From positions 40,736,001 to 40,800,000 of the forward strand of contig OZ249436.1 of assembly GCA_965235115.1 (NCBI GenBank): a stretch of DNA of 64,000 nt, read 5' to 3'. Below the pieces are notes generated by a model. It saw only the letters and a list, made by a program, of their open reading frames with translations. It did no database searches and was not told the origin of the DNA. This DNA is from Laetmonice hystrix (taxonomy: Eukaryota). A program made the translations under genes and the position numbers. This document shows, one piece after another, positions 1-12,372 of the stretch; the stretch's first letter is position 1, and every line of letters begins with the position of its first letter.

Positions 1-35
1 ATGTTCTTGAATCCCCACTGCTCTCATATTTCCAG

Positions 36-878
36 ACCCTGCCCAAGGTGTACACCCAATGGTTGGCCGACGCCGACACTTGCGTCGAGCCTACCTCACC
101 AGTTGGAACCTGTGCATCTTCGGCATTGTTCCCAGTGTTCACCTCGAGTCAGTACACTGATAACTCAGATTGGCTGGCCCTGCCCACACCGTTCATTCAA
201 CCGTTGGAGGAACCAAACACCATGGCAGTCGATGCCCACATGGCGCATGTCAATGCTCGACCTGTGTCGTTTTGGCTCAGGGGAGCAAGATCTGCTTCGG
301 TGCCTGCTCCATCGAGCCGAACCACACAGGACCTCACCAGCCATGATTTCCGCTGCCTACCTCTTACTGACGAACTTCACCACTGGCTCAGGGAGTCTGA
401 ACCACAGAAAGAGTTCAGTTCCCAAAAGTTGTCGTTTGTAACCTCCACAAGGGCAGACGATCCCATGTCTGACTGGCTGCTCCCTGAAGCTGAACCAAGC
501 TCAAACACTGACCAGTTGAAAAAAGCACCTTCGCCAACCCCAGAAATCACCGTGTCCGTCCCCACAGACGACAAGCTGTGGTTACTGGGCAAGTCCCTTT
601 GTGTCGACGAGGAAGTAGACCTGGACATGCCTTTAGTTTCGGAGACCGTTGCCGCATCTGTAAGTCAACTCTTTGGTAAGCTAGGTCTTGGTCACGGCCC
701 GTGGCTGAAGGCTGGTGATAACCGGCACAGCATCGTAGAGAGTGCTGAAGATGAAGAAGATGACTCCCAGTGGCTGAAGAAGAAAGAGAAGCTGACTGAA
801 AAACAAGATGGACTCTTCACGTGTTTTCAGCAGAAGGACCTGTCTGAGTGGTTGAACTCTAACCAGCTGAGTGCTTGA
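36..878 (+). CDS. NCOA4: Terminal coding exon of an NCOA4/ARA70-like protein (partial CDS)
   Basis: Pyrimidine-rich acceptor CTCTCATATTTCCAG ends at 35, in phase 0 with the ORF (TLPKVYTQWL...), which stops at TGA 876-878. Acidic low-complexity protein with recurrent xWL motifs (SDWLA, SFWLR, HHWLR, SDWLL, KLWLL, SQWLK). C-terminus LFTCFQQKDLSEWL resembles the NCOA4 C-terminus as I recall it. Exon well supported; gene name is recognition, not a search result. Confidence 0.6.
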   Translation, partial: TLPKVYTQWLADADTCVEPTSPVGTCASSALFPVFTSSQYTDNSDWLALPTPFIQPLEEPNTMAVDAHMAHVNARPVSFWLRGARSASVPAPSSRTTQDLTSHDFRCLPLTDELHHWLRESEPQKEFSSQKLSFVTSTRADDPMSDWLLPEAEPSSNTDQLKKAPSPTPEITVSVPTDDKLWLLGKSLCVDEEVDLDMPLVSETVAASVSQLFGKLGLGHGPWLKAGDNRHSIVESAEDEEDDSQWLKKKEKLTEKQDGLFTCFQQKDLSEWLNSNQLSA

Positions 879-921
879 TGACAACCCACACATAGGACGG
901 TACATAATAGGGGATTAGGGA

Positions 922-2040
922 ATCTAAACACGGTTTGTTTACTGCTAATGGCCTGAGATGGTGGATCATCTGAACACGGTATCATGTTGACGGCTAATCT
1001 GCCGTGAAATGACAAAAGGAAGCATGTCCAACTTTCATCAAAATCGATTTAAATTAAGTGTAAATTTGGATTCAGGGAAGTAAGCCCTATCTATCAATGG
1101 ATGTATTTCTGTAAAACATCCGTCTATGAAGCTATCAGTCACATGACAGAAGGAAGCATGTCCATCCAACTGCACTGTAGAGACAACTTGTTTATGTCCA
1201 TTTCTCGAAACTTGAACTTTTGGACTTGCTTCCTTTTGTCATTTCACGGCAGTAATGGCCTGAGATAGTGGATCATCTGAACACAGTTTGTTTATGGCTA
1301 ATGGCCTGAGATAGTGGATCATCTAAACACGGTTTGTTTACGGCTAATGGCCTGAGATAGTGGATCATCTAAACACGGTTTGTTTACCGCTAATGGCCTG
1401 AGATAGTGGATCATCTAAACACGGTTTGTTTACCGCTAATGGCCTGAGATGGTGGATCATCTAAACACGGTTTGTTTACGGCTAATGGCCTGAGATGGTG
1501 GATCATCTAAACACGGTTTGTTTACCGCTAATGGCCTGAGATAGTGGATCATCTAAACACGGTTTGTTTACCGCTAATGGCCTGAGATAGTGGATCATCT
1601 AAACACGGTTTGTTTACCGCTAATGGCCTGAGATAGTGGATCATCTAAACACGGTTTGTTTACCGCTAATGGCCTGAGATAGTGGATCATCTAAACACAG
1701 TTTGTTTATGGCTAATGGCCTGAGATAGTGGATCATCTAAACACGGTTTGTTTACGGCTAATGGCCTGAGATGGTGGATCATCTAAACACGGTTTGTTTA
1801 CCGCTAATGGCCTGAGATAGTGGATCATCTAAACACGGTTTGTTTACCGCTAATGGCCTGAGATGGTGGATCATCTGAACACGGTTTGTTTACCGCTAAT
1901 TGCCTGAGATGGTGGATCATCTAAACACGGTTTGTTTACGGCTAATGGCCTGAGATAGTGGATCATCTGAACACGGTTTGTTTACCGCTAATTGCCTGAG
2001 ATGGTGGATCATCTAAACACGGTTTGTTTACGGCCAATGG
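922..2040. repeat. 46-bp minisatellite in the putative 3'UTR
   Basis: Unit CTAATGGCCTGAGATRGTGGATCATCTAAACACGGTTTGTTTACSG, period 46 (1298->1344). About 17 copies from 1253-2040 plus a diverged copy at 922-998. Confidence 0.95.
999..1252. mobile_element. MITE with ~33-bp TIRs and 4-bp TSD (TAAT), inserted in the 46-bp array
   Basis: CTGCCGTGAAATGACAAAAGGAAGCATGTCCAA ... TTGGACTTGCTTCCTTTTGTCATTTCACGGCAG, flanked by TAAT on both sides. Removing it restores the unit sequence GGCTAATGGCC. Confidence 0.9.
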
Positions 2041-2839
2041 GTCCCATGACGGTATAACATGACAGAACTCAAGACTCAGTATTTGTAATGTTTTTCACTT
2101 TACGGTAAGATAAAATGCTGATTTAGTCTACCGATAGAGGAGAGCTATGCAAAGATTGATTCTGAAATATACTGCATGAAGACTTGAGCCTTGACATATA
2201 ATTTAGAAATGGTTCAGACAACATCCTACCACATTTGGAGTGGGAGAAATTGATCCAGTTAATGAAATGAAAATGATGGTCTCATTCAGAGAAATCTTCT
2301 GTAGTGTTGAATGGATAGCACCAAGTTCCATTTCCCAAAGTAATGCGTCTGTAGACATTAACCAAAAGTACCGGGGGTTGAATAAAAAGAATGGTACTTG
2401 TATTATTCCGGTGTATGTTAGATTAGACTAATACGTTTATGTGTTAACCAGTATATAAGACTACCCCATTTAATTCTTGTAGAATGAGTTTTTGCTTTCT
2501 TATGCGAAATCCAGTTGTCTTGAACGTTTAAATTCAGTGTAAATTCCGGCTATAAAGTTTTTTGAATAATTTACTGAATGTTGCGGTTCATTGATCATAA
2601 TGAAATATTGACATTCTATATACATTGTAATCTGAAATGGCAAGGATAGACCAATGCTCTTACATGTATTTGAGTACTTTTGTTTTATGTAACAACTTTT
2701 TAAATTTACAATATGACAAGACAGTACAAAGACAAGTGCAGCATTTTCTTGATTTGCATTTCGCGCTGTAGAAATAACATGGGAAGAGGAATATCTATAC
2801 GTTCACACTAAGAAGGTGTAATGTATGAGCCCTAGAGTG

Positions 2840-2845
2840 AATAAA
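2840..2845 (+). terminator. Candidate polyadenylation signal of the NCOA4-like gene
   Basis: AATAAA at the end of an AT-rich 3'UTR-like stretch; an alternative AATAAA lies at 2381. Confidence 0.35.
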
Positions 2846-3775
2846 GAATTTTTAACAATGAAACCACGTCTGGTTATGACACTGGCTGTAAAGAAGATGG
2901 GTCATAAAGCAAAGGACTGACCGGTGAAGGCTGGTGGCAGACCGAGGAACTAAAGACATCTCCCGTCTGTCACAAATTTCTGCGCCCCAACGCTAAACTT
3001 CTAACACGACTCGACCGCATACTCGGTTTATTTTGTAAGTAGGCGACACGTGTACTCGATTCTCAGATCACTGTTCTTGAAGAACAGGTGGGAGTGGGGG
3101 CGCCCCCTGGTATATCGCAGTTGTTTCACATGTAGTTCGGCAACTCGCCACGATGTGGCAGCACCTAATGGGTTTACAGTATTCAGTATCTGATGTATGA
3201 AAACCTTGATCATAGGAATTTTGCGTGTGCGGTCCATGAGAATGAACAATTACCCAGGTTTGAACTTGTTTGTAGGTACATTAGATTTGGGTGATTTAGG
3301 TATAGGTGCCTACGCAGCTAATGCCATGCGTACAGAATTTCATGGTTCGTTTTTTTTTTTGGGGGGGGGGGGGGGGGCATTTGATAAAAATGGGGGAAAC
3401 TGTATCTAGTACGTGTAACAAAATCCGGTATTTTTGGATTACCTGCGAGGCCTTTTTGCAAAATCCTATTCCATTTGACTCGTTTCTTCTAAACTTGGTA
3501 CTTTCTAAGTGTCTTTCTTCTCCCCCAACTCAAGCTTATAAACAAAGATTACTAAATGGCCAGTTTATGTATTTGCACCGACAGTTTAACGGCCTGGCTT
3601 TCATGACATGGGCCCTGTCTGTCTGTTGATCTGTTCTAGAAACGAGAACGAGAAATTGGTAACGATGCTCGTTGGTATACTCTCGTCATCAGGGCCGTCT
3701 GAGGTGGAATCAACCGGCGTCAATAATAATATTGCTGATAAGAATAACACGCTATAAGTCTAGACATCTTGGCGG

Positions 3776-5648
3776 AGGAATTTCAGTGCTGCCATTTTTA
3801 CTTTACTTGCCAAGTATTTTAACTTTTTTTAAAGGAAAACTAGTTTTTGTACTTTTTTAAATACTTTTTTGGGGGAGATACTTTTAATACGCAGCACTGT
3901 ATGCTTAACTTTTCTCAACATTTTATACATCACTCCTTGGAATCACCGAATATCTCTCATTTCAATGACTCAAAAATGCAGAGATGATAATGCACATGTC
4001 AACAACCAGCCATGAGACGTTCGCTTCATGGCGACAACAGGCAACTAGAATGTTGGATTTCATTACATTTCTCCATATGAAAGATATTCGGTGATTACTT
4101 TAAAGTGTATATATTACGAGGAGGACTACTTTATTGATAGTTTATCTTTATGGCATGATAATGCATTTCCCCTTAGTTTAAATCTCTCAATATGCATACA
4201 TGTACTTTGTAATAAAAACGCGTGGATATACAGAGCGTCAAATATCGGGCCGATTGACCCGGTTAATTGACCTTTGAACTCGTGTCGTCACGAAAGGGGA
4301 AGCCTCGGGCCACGCCCAGCCACACAGGCCTGAGAAAGGCTGAGTGAAGGTGGAAGTTCACATCTATAGAATCGGTTGGAGAGAACTTGCCTGTCATCGG
4401 ATGAGGAACTAAGTGATGTTGGACTTCTGTGTATCGAGGGGATTTTTAGATCCTTTTCGAGACGATCTGGTGGACAGCTAGATCCTCTAGGCCGAGAACG
4501 GAGATTCTAATCTAGGCTAGTAGTAGTATAGTAAGGCTAGCGCCATCGGAGGGGAATGGGGATCACCGTTTGATTCAATGAAACTTGTATGTAGATAGGC
4601 TATATATACTATATAGTAATTGTACAGCCTATTTTAAAAACGGTAAACCTATGTCTATCTTTACGATCTACCATAGACGTCGTGATCTGTCCAAGCCAGG
4701 ATGCTTTCAGGGGGGCTAGGCCTAGGTCCCGTGGGCCGTCCCTTTCGTGACGTATCGAGGATTATAGCGTCAGAACGGCCTGAAGTTTCTAGGTCACGTT
4801 AGGCGTGCAATTTTAGCACTTTCGTTTAGCAATAAATTCTTACTCTGGTAAGTAAATATATTAAAAACAGACAGAGAGGTGTCTTATAATATGAGATAGG
4901 CGTTCCCATTGACAAAAAGGTGTTTAATTCACGTAATATATACACTTTAAAGGAAATCAGTCCGAAAATTAAAATAAACGCAGTCAATTCAACAAAACTT
5001 GAGTAAAAACAATTATTTTAAGGGGTTTCTAGCAGTCTGGTACCATGGAGCGTCCATATCGACAATATTTTTAATTAATTAATTAAGAGTTTACCTATTT
5101 GGCTAGAGACGAGAGCACGCGAATCAAATCATGCCCTTATTTGGATTATGGGGGGAGGGCGGGCGGAGCAGTGCGAGGCAGCGCACTTCTCCCCGTTGCT
5201 TAGTCCCGTTGCTTAGTGACGACCGCCATGACCGTTAGCCTCGCGGAGCGGCAGTGTTCTCAGTCCATTGAGATGAAAAATATATGGGATGTATCGCCTC
5301 ATTATGGCTCATAATCAACAACAGACCTAGCACATCAATGTTATGGATACGGCAGAATGTTTTATCAGTCCAGTGGGATAGATTCAAGATCAGGTAAGCT
5401 TGAAATACGCGGATTCGTAGGAGATGGGAACACCGCTTCGACAAAACTCGCGGCGGCCCTTGGGTAATTGATTACCTTTAAAGTTTGGTATCAAGTAAGC
5501 TAACGTGGGAACAAATCCTGACAAATCTGGATAAACTGACGCTATTAATATTTTTTAATACTTTTTTCCGACAATTTTGAGACTTTTTTCTTGAAAGATT
5601 TTATACTTTTTTTTTGGTCAACCCCAGAGTGGCAGCATTGAAATTCTT
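3776..5648. mobile_element. Possible ~1.9 kb non-autonomous DNA element
   Basis: Inverted ends AGGAATTTCAGTGCTGCCA / TGGCAGCATTGAAATTCTT (2 mismatches in 19). No TSD found. It interrupts the pseudogene-like sequence. Confidence 0.35.
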
Positions 5649-6754
5649 CAAAGTTGTAGTTTCTTCTTGGGGGGAGGGGGTCATATTGGCTTTAAAAGAT
5701 GGTTAATAAGCATTTTGAAAACGTTATAAAGGCACATACTGCACCCATAGAAAAGTGATATGATTGGGAATTATGTACAATGTACTTTGTAATACGACTA
5801 TCTGCTTAGGTCTTTGGGAATTAAGTATGCATAGGAAAGTCAACTCCTCCGCGCCAGTAGCAGTCAGATTGTGAGAGATATGAGGGTTGCCTACCGTGAT
5901 AGCCTACATCCGTGTATGTAGTCTGTGCTATCGCAATGGCAAAGGAAACTTTTTAAGGATAACATAATAATAATGTCATAAACGACTTTATAAGATATTC
6001 TATTAGTGTCAACACTATTAAGTAAGGTATGCGATGGGCGAGACCTTTTTCTCAGTCTTCTGATGGTCCTTATCCGAGGGCCTAATGCATAAATATCACG
6101 TCTTTTTTTGGTGTTCATTTACGAACAAAGCAAGCATACATTATGGGTCGTGAGGCCGTCTAACTCGAATGCCTGTGTCGCCTACTCTAAATGTTCGGCA
6201 GAGTATGAATAAATGCAGGAGGCTGTCGCAAAGTATCCATAATTTGCAAGAGGTCCCTGGATGATGGCGTAATTCAAAGTAACATCTGCTGATCGACCGA
6301 CCATAATGTCGTCTCTCTCCTTCACCTTCCACGTCCATAATAAAAGTGGAGGTTGGGAAAGTCAACCTTGATAGTAAGAAAGGATGACCGTATAAATAAC
6401 CATCGTAACCTGAGAGATAACGCCATGCAGCGGATGTTGCTACAGCTCATAAAATGTTGGATAATGGTCTGCTTGCCCAGATAGAAACATGTACGTGTGT
6501 TTAGGTGCCATTGATACCACCTCGAAGTGATTAATGGCGAGGAGTAGATACGAACATTACCATTCATGCATTAGTGATTATGTTGATAATTATTTTACTG
6601 CATTTATTATCGTGTCCATAGGTCCCTATACATAAAGCAACGCATCTATCTACCGATTTACTCCAAATAAATGTATCTGGGTTCATAGGAGCAAAGCATT
6701 TCATACTTATACAATCTTATGAATTCAAATAGTTATGTAATCTAGTATAAAGTA

Positions 6755-6852
6755 CACTCTAAAAACAGATTGGTTGAAATTTCCGAGATATTGGTTGAAT
6801 CAACTACATTTCAATCAATATTGGTTGTTTCAACCAATCTGTTTTTAGATTG
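6755..6852. mobile_element. Short palindromic MITE
   Basis: CACTCTAAAAACAGATTGGTTGAAA ... TTTCAACCAATCTGTTTTTAGATTG. Confidence 0.7.
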
Positions 6853-7581
6853 TCATGTAAATCCATTGTTTGGCCACTTAATGATGAAATACCATGCACG
6901 TGGCAGGTCTGGGCAGAACAGCGGGTATGGAACTCGTAAATTTAGTTTCATAGGAGGTAGAGTATCTATACTGTGGCGGTTTGCAATATTTTCAAATAAT
7001 CAAATGTTTTATAACAAATTGTTAGAATACTGTTCTTTTTATGTTAAAGACAAATAATTATTTCCGCGGAAGTGATTGTTTTTCAGCTTCTCTCAACTAA
7101 ATCGGCCTAAATAAAACCGTGAAAATCTGCATTAACGTCTCGACGCTAAGCGTGTAAGCTCTGATGAAAACATCCAGGGATAACTTGTAAATCAGTGCTT
7201 CCCACCTCATAAAGTACTTGGAACCGGATTTATTGGAGACATGCCACTCCACTTTGGCAATTAACTGGAAGTTATGTGACCTCATGCGCTTTCTTTCGAT
7301 AAGGAATTAAAGTTGCATGAACATCCTGGGGGGGGGGGGGGGTAGAGGGTAGAGAAACAAAAAGGGATAATAAGAAACATCAACATCTACAAACATCTAC
7401 ATTGCTTTTATTGATCAATAGGGCGAATGGGTGCTTTCCTGTAGGGTATCGCTAACACTATAGGACTCTCGATAGACGAGTAGTGCACCGTATCCAAGAT
7501 TTGATCCAAACTTTGGAAACAGAATCCATGAGCATCTCTCGCCTCAAGAGTTGATCATAGCATTGACAACAGTTACTATTG

Positions 7582-7762
7582 CAGGGCCCTAGCCTGGCCC
7601 AAATACCCCCCGTGGGGGGGGGGGGGGGGGGGCAGTAGGCCATGCCGCGTGCCGCATTGCGCCGGTCGAGCTGTCCCGGGGTGTGGGTAACCCCCCCCCC
7701 CCCCCAAAAAAAAAAAGAAACCCAGGAAATCCCGCCCCCCCCCCCTCCAGGCTACGGCCCTG
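7582..7762. mobile_element. hAT-like MITE with 5-bp TSD
   Basis: TIR CAGGGCCCTAGCCTGG / CCAGGCTACGGCCCTG; TSD TATTG at 7577-7581 and 7763-7767. Confidence 0.85.
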
Positions 7763-8337
7763 TATTGGAATCGTCTTCTTAACGACGTCTTCTGTCAGAC
7801 GTTATTGTTCACGACACGACAGCAGTCGTTCCTGGAATGTGATCATTATTGGCGGTCCAAAAATAGCCACAGCACTTTGTAATATAACACTGCATATATG
7901 CATCTACAATTGTATTTATTTAGATTTGTTATTAAGATACGTCATCAATTATCAACATCGTGTGGGTTTTATCGGGAATAAATCATGATAATCATGGTAC
8001 CTGCTGACATGCACACGTGTCCCACTCTGTTGTTGGGGTTAGTTTGATAAGCAAGCTCAGCACCCCAGCGGGCCGACCTTCCAGACCGGCCTGACAATTA
8101 CTTGTGTTACCACGGAACGATTGGGGACATTGCTGGTAATGAAGAGGTTCATGTCACCAGGGTCCCGCAGAGGTTTTTGACATGTACAACATGGGACCTC
8201 TGACGAGATGGTTCCATCAAGGAGCCTAACAATGTGGCGTGTTCAACCCAGACAACATGGACCCTTCCCCCAACTCGTTAACTCGATTAAACTTATTGCG
8301 GGTAGTTACAGGCGTTGACAAGGGAAAGGGGTGAGGG

Positions 8338-8508
8338 CATAGCCGTGGGGGACCGATTCTGTTTGGGGCGGAGAGAGGATGTTGGCCGAAAAATCGACCA
8401 TTTTCTAGCATTTCTAGCAAGATTTACTTTCGCCAATACCGCCCGATTTCTTTCCGACAAATTGCCTAAAAATCTCAGGGGGGGGGATATCCCCCCCTGC
8501 CTCCTATG
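8338..8508. mobile_element. Degenerate CATAG...CTATG MITE
   Basis: Termini CATAGCCGTGGGGG / CCCCCTGCCTCCTATG with G/C tracts like the other MITEs; no clear TSD. Confidence 0.45.
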
Positions 8509-9382
8509 CGGCAACTGTTTCCCCCTTTCTATCCTGCAGGGACAAAATTATAGGTGCGTCCCCTAATCTCAGGGATACAAATGTAATTCCCCACCCAAAG
8601 GTTGTAATTAGGGCAGGACAATTACAAAAGGTAGCGCTATTTCAGTGAAAAGTGAAGATCGCTGAGGCACGTAAAGATATGGCCATAATTATATGACTAA
8701 CAATAATTGAAAATACATTGTATACTAGTCTTTACGTTTGGTGGTATATACGGCCTATACTTGACTCCACCTCGGCTGAATGCCATGATGAGCTTCTGGT
8801 CCAAAGGAAAGCCAAATCAGACATGCCAACAGTCAGTGGATGATATCATGTGCTCAGAGATAATTGACTAACGTGTTCTATTAGAGAGAGAGAGATGGAT
8901 GCATGGATGTCTGGAACATATCCTGCCAATTTGAAGTAAATACGAGGAGTGAGTATGTGCCTCATTGCCGAGGCCTTATTTCGTAAGGAAAGTACAAATT
9001 CCATTATCTGGAAGAGGCAATCACACCATAGCTTTGCCATATCAAGGCTTTCATGAAATACGCTCAGCAATGATCAGTTTGATCATTCTTCCATCTGCAC
9101 ATTTCCATTCGTATCGGTGTTATTATTAATGAGCTGATCGCATTAACAACTGTGTTTCACAACAACCAGGCCACTAATGCCGAGTGAAGGGAGCACCAAT
9201 TATGTACTTAAATTGGTATTTTATGAATCTCCTTCATAGGCGAACACTTCGGCATCAAACCAAAAAGATCGATGCTACATATAATTATAATCTAAGTTTA
9301 CATTCTCCTGAGATAACCCCGCCTACTACTGACGACGATGTGGGACTGCAGCAGCAAGCGGTCCCAAACTTGAGTAAAACAG

Positions 9383-9647
9383 AATCTGTCCGAATTGATG
9401 AATGTTACCAGCACAAACAAAATCTGTCCGAATTGATGAATGTTACCAGCACAAACAAAATCTGTCCGAATTGATGAATGTTACCAGCACAAACAAAATC
9501 TGTCCGAATTGATGAATGTTACCAGCACAAACAAAATCTGTCCGAATTGATGAATGTTACCAGCACAAACAAAATCTGTCCGAATTGATGAATGTTACCA
9601 GCACAAATAAAATCTGTCCGAATTGATGAAGGTTACCAGCACAAACA
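9383..9647. repeat. 38-bp minisatellite, 7 copies
   Basis: AATCTGTCCGAATTGATGAATGTTACCAGCACAAACAA at 9383, 9421, 9459 ... 9611. Confidence 0.95.
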
Positions 9648-9669
9648 CTGCAGTTTTATGCCTCTTTAA

Positions 9670-10245
9670 AGGAATCATGTCAACTTTTTCATATACTTTG
9701 GACAAATTGGCGAAAACATTGCTTTAAATAGTGTATGATAATTAGGTTCCATAGCTCTTGTTTACTTGCCTGATTGGGTTTTCCAAGTACATGTATTATT
9801 TTTCTAATGAAAACCAGAAGCATCTGGAAAGACGCGCCTTTTTTCCTGGACCTGCCTTACCTTCAAGATATACTTTTAGTCGGAGTTCTCCGGAGTAAAC
9901 AAAACACTCTCTTCATTTCCTCGACATATTTTACTGTTAAACAGCTATTCGCGTGAAGATGTTAAAAAATTAACGGTTTCGGCGAGGAACTTAACGTTGT
10001 GCGCATGCAGTGTGCACTACGGTTCCACGAAGAAGCAGCATGGCCGCAGCCTTGCTCTCGAGCGATCCTGACCAGAAATGTAGAATGTGAGAATGACACT
10101 GCATTTCGTCGCTGTCTGTTTACAAATGTATATTAAACCTTCAGAAGTATGCTTGTGACAGAAGGTGCATAGGCTTTGACGAGGTAAGCATGAAACCCGG
10201 CCGAACTGGCTTCCCGTAACGCTCAACCAGGTTGACATAGTTGCT
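9670..10245. mobile_element. TTAA-target (Kolobok-like) non-autonomous element
   Basis: TTAA|AGGAATCATGTCAAC ... GTTGACATAGTTGCT|TTAA. A related copy starts at 33918. Confidence 0.75.
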
Positions 10246-10282
10246 TTAAGTACAAGTCTGTAAAGTGCGAAATATAACCCTA

Positions 10283-10515
10283 TGGAATACCGGCGACGAC
10301 ATGCGAGATGCGAGACAGTGTGTTTGGGTTAGGGTAAAGGTTAGGCCTAGGGTTAGTGTCAATTTTCACTTTAGCCATAAAATTATTGTTAAATAGGCAC
10401 TAATTGAGCAGTGGATCTTGATGTCGGTGTCAATAAGAAACATTCTATGTGCTAAATTGACACTGTTCGGTCCCATGTCGCTTCTCGCATCTCGCATGTC
10501 GTCGCCGGTATTCCA
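10283..10515. mobile_element. TA-flanked MITE with ~33-bp TIRs (also in copies 2 and 3)
   Basis: TA|TGGAATACCGGCGACGACATGCGAGATGCGAGA ... TCTCGCATCTCGCATGTCGTCGCCGGTATTCCA|TA, with internal GGGTTA-like repeats. Confidence 0.9.
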
Positions 10516-11345
10516 TAATAACCCCGCTGTTTGTCCTTATATACAGACAACATTACAAAAATTCCGTGAGTCAACCCCCCCCCCCCGCGTTGAAGTTGTA
10601 CTCCTCAAAAAAGGAAAACGAAACAGACACTTCCATAACGTCCAAACCGCAGCTATTGTAAGCGTGTTATCAATGTATCAGTCAAATTGTGTACTGCGGG
10701 ACAATGAGTAATTGTTCGACCGACACAATGTGCCAGACCATTCCATCTCATTCTGACAGTCATTTTGCTGACGACGACCATTGATTTTTCTACAATACAC
10801 TCATATCTCCAATATCTTATAGATTTAAAGATAAATAATGTTCCATTGCTCACTCGATCTATCCTTACTGATGTCCATGCAGCAAGGCACAGCCCTCAGT
10901 GACATTGTCATAGTTTGTCACTCATATTATAAATTGTTGTTTTTCATGATAATATAACTTTACTAAATGTCTACCAGTTGGCTGGCAGCTAAAAACCTGG
11001 CCGTATATCAGGTGACTATTAATTGGGGTCAGAATCCTAGACCTGTGTATAGAGACTAATGGAGCCGTTCCATTACAGGCACATCTGGAATTACCTTAAT
11101 GGACATGTTCTGTTCTATAATACGAGTGTCGAAATCAGGGCAAGGTGCGGACGTGCCAGGGCCGTATCATCCACCTATTTCTACTTCGAACTATATCCTA
11201 TATATAGTCCATCCTAAGGACAGGTATTTTTCAAATTAATTCTAAAGCCTACGGGTAATGGTCGAATTGGACATAGTATGTATGTAAGTACATGTAAAAG
11301 TAGGCTAAATGTATAATCTAAAAGGGTGTAAGTCATAATACCTCA

Positions 11346-11855
11346 CAGGGGTGTCGGAAGCTATTCATAGTCGGGGGCCAAGCTTGAAGAAGGAGCCAGC
11401 CATCTCTGGCCAGCCTATGCCTTGACACAATGACAGGAGCCAACCACCTCTGGTCAGGCTATGCCTTGACATAATGACAGGAGCCAACCACCTCTGGTCA
11501 GCCTATGCCTTGACATAATGACAGGAGCCAACCACCTCTGGTCAGCGTATGCCTTGACACATTGACAGGAGCCAACCACCTCTGGTCAGGCTATGCCTTG
11601 ACACAATGACAGGAGCCAACCACCTCTGGTCAGGCTATGCCTTGACATAATGACAGGGGTGTTTTAAAAGGCGGTGGTGGTTACTACGCAACGGGAAATT
11701 TTAGAAAGTAAGGGGGCAATTTGAGGCAATTTTAGCTTGGAATTTTGAATTTTGATCTTTGGAAATGGGGGGGGGGGGGGGGCAAATGATACTCTGGTCC
11801 CCTCCGGTAATATTGGGAGGGGGATGAACCCCTGCCCCCCGTTCCGACACCCCTG
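11346..11855. mobile_element. hAT-like MITE with 5-bp TSD carrying a 44-bp minisatellite (also in copies 2 and 3)
   Basis: CCTCA|CAGGGGTGTCGGAA ... TTCCGACACCCCTG|CCTCA. Confidence 0.9.
11391..11657. repeat. 44-bp minisatellite (6, 7 and 7 units in the three copies)
   Basis: TGACAGGAGCCAACCACCTCTGGTCAGSCTATGCCTTGACAYAA, period 44. Confidence 0.95.
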
Positions 11856-12372
11856 CCTCATGCGGTTACTGGGGCAAATACTGGCTTTCAAATATCCTCG
11901 CCTATGGGGTGCAATAGAATGCAGGCAATCCCATCCCTGGAGGAAGATACCAAACTTTTGAACAATCAAAAATATTTTTAATTTAGATCTTTGTTGTCCG
12001 TTCCGTAAACAAGAAGACATAAATCAGGATGCACACTTGTCTTTGACATCCATCTTAAAGTTTGGTGAAGGATTTGGTCAAGATCATATTACACAGGCAA
12101 CTTTATTTATTCAAGAGATATTCCGAAGATAAAACATTCCGCCATCAAACCGAATAACTGATGAGGCCTGTATTTGTCTGAGGGCCCATGACCGCCTTTA
12201 ATTAAAAATAGCGTGATGGCATGTCCATTTCGTTGTTTTTCTTGTGGAAAAAATTACCATGAATCAACAGAAGCTTCATCAGTAACTCTCCTTCCCTGTG
12301 TCACCCACACCTCTTTCAGCCTGGATACAATGAAGCTGCGTTTAAACTTAGTCACGCCATGGCTGCATATAA

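Noticed and set aside
1..441. 146-aa ORF from the ATG at position 1
   Set aside because: Overlaps the better-supported exon in another frame and starts in intron-like sequence.
1253..2040. CRISPR-like appearance of regular arrays (also at 9383, 12373, 15045, 45116)
   Set aside because: Units abut directly with no unique spacers, there are no cas genes, and the context is eukaryotic with spliceosomal splice sites.
10326..10356. TTAGGG-like telomeric repeats
   Set aside because: A few degenerate units internal to a MITE; not an interstitial telomere.
11391..11657. 44-bp unit reading like an Ig C-x-x-G-x-x-x-P-E-V-x-W motif on the minus strand
   Set aside because: The array lies inside a TSD-flanked MITE, so the resemblance is probably chance.
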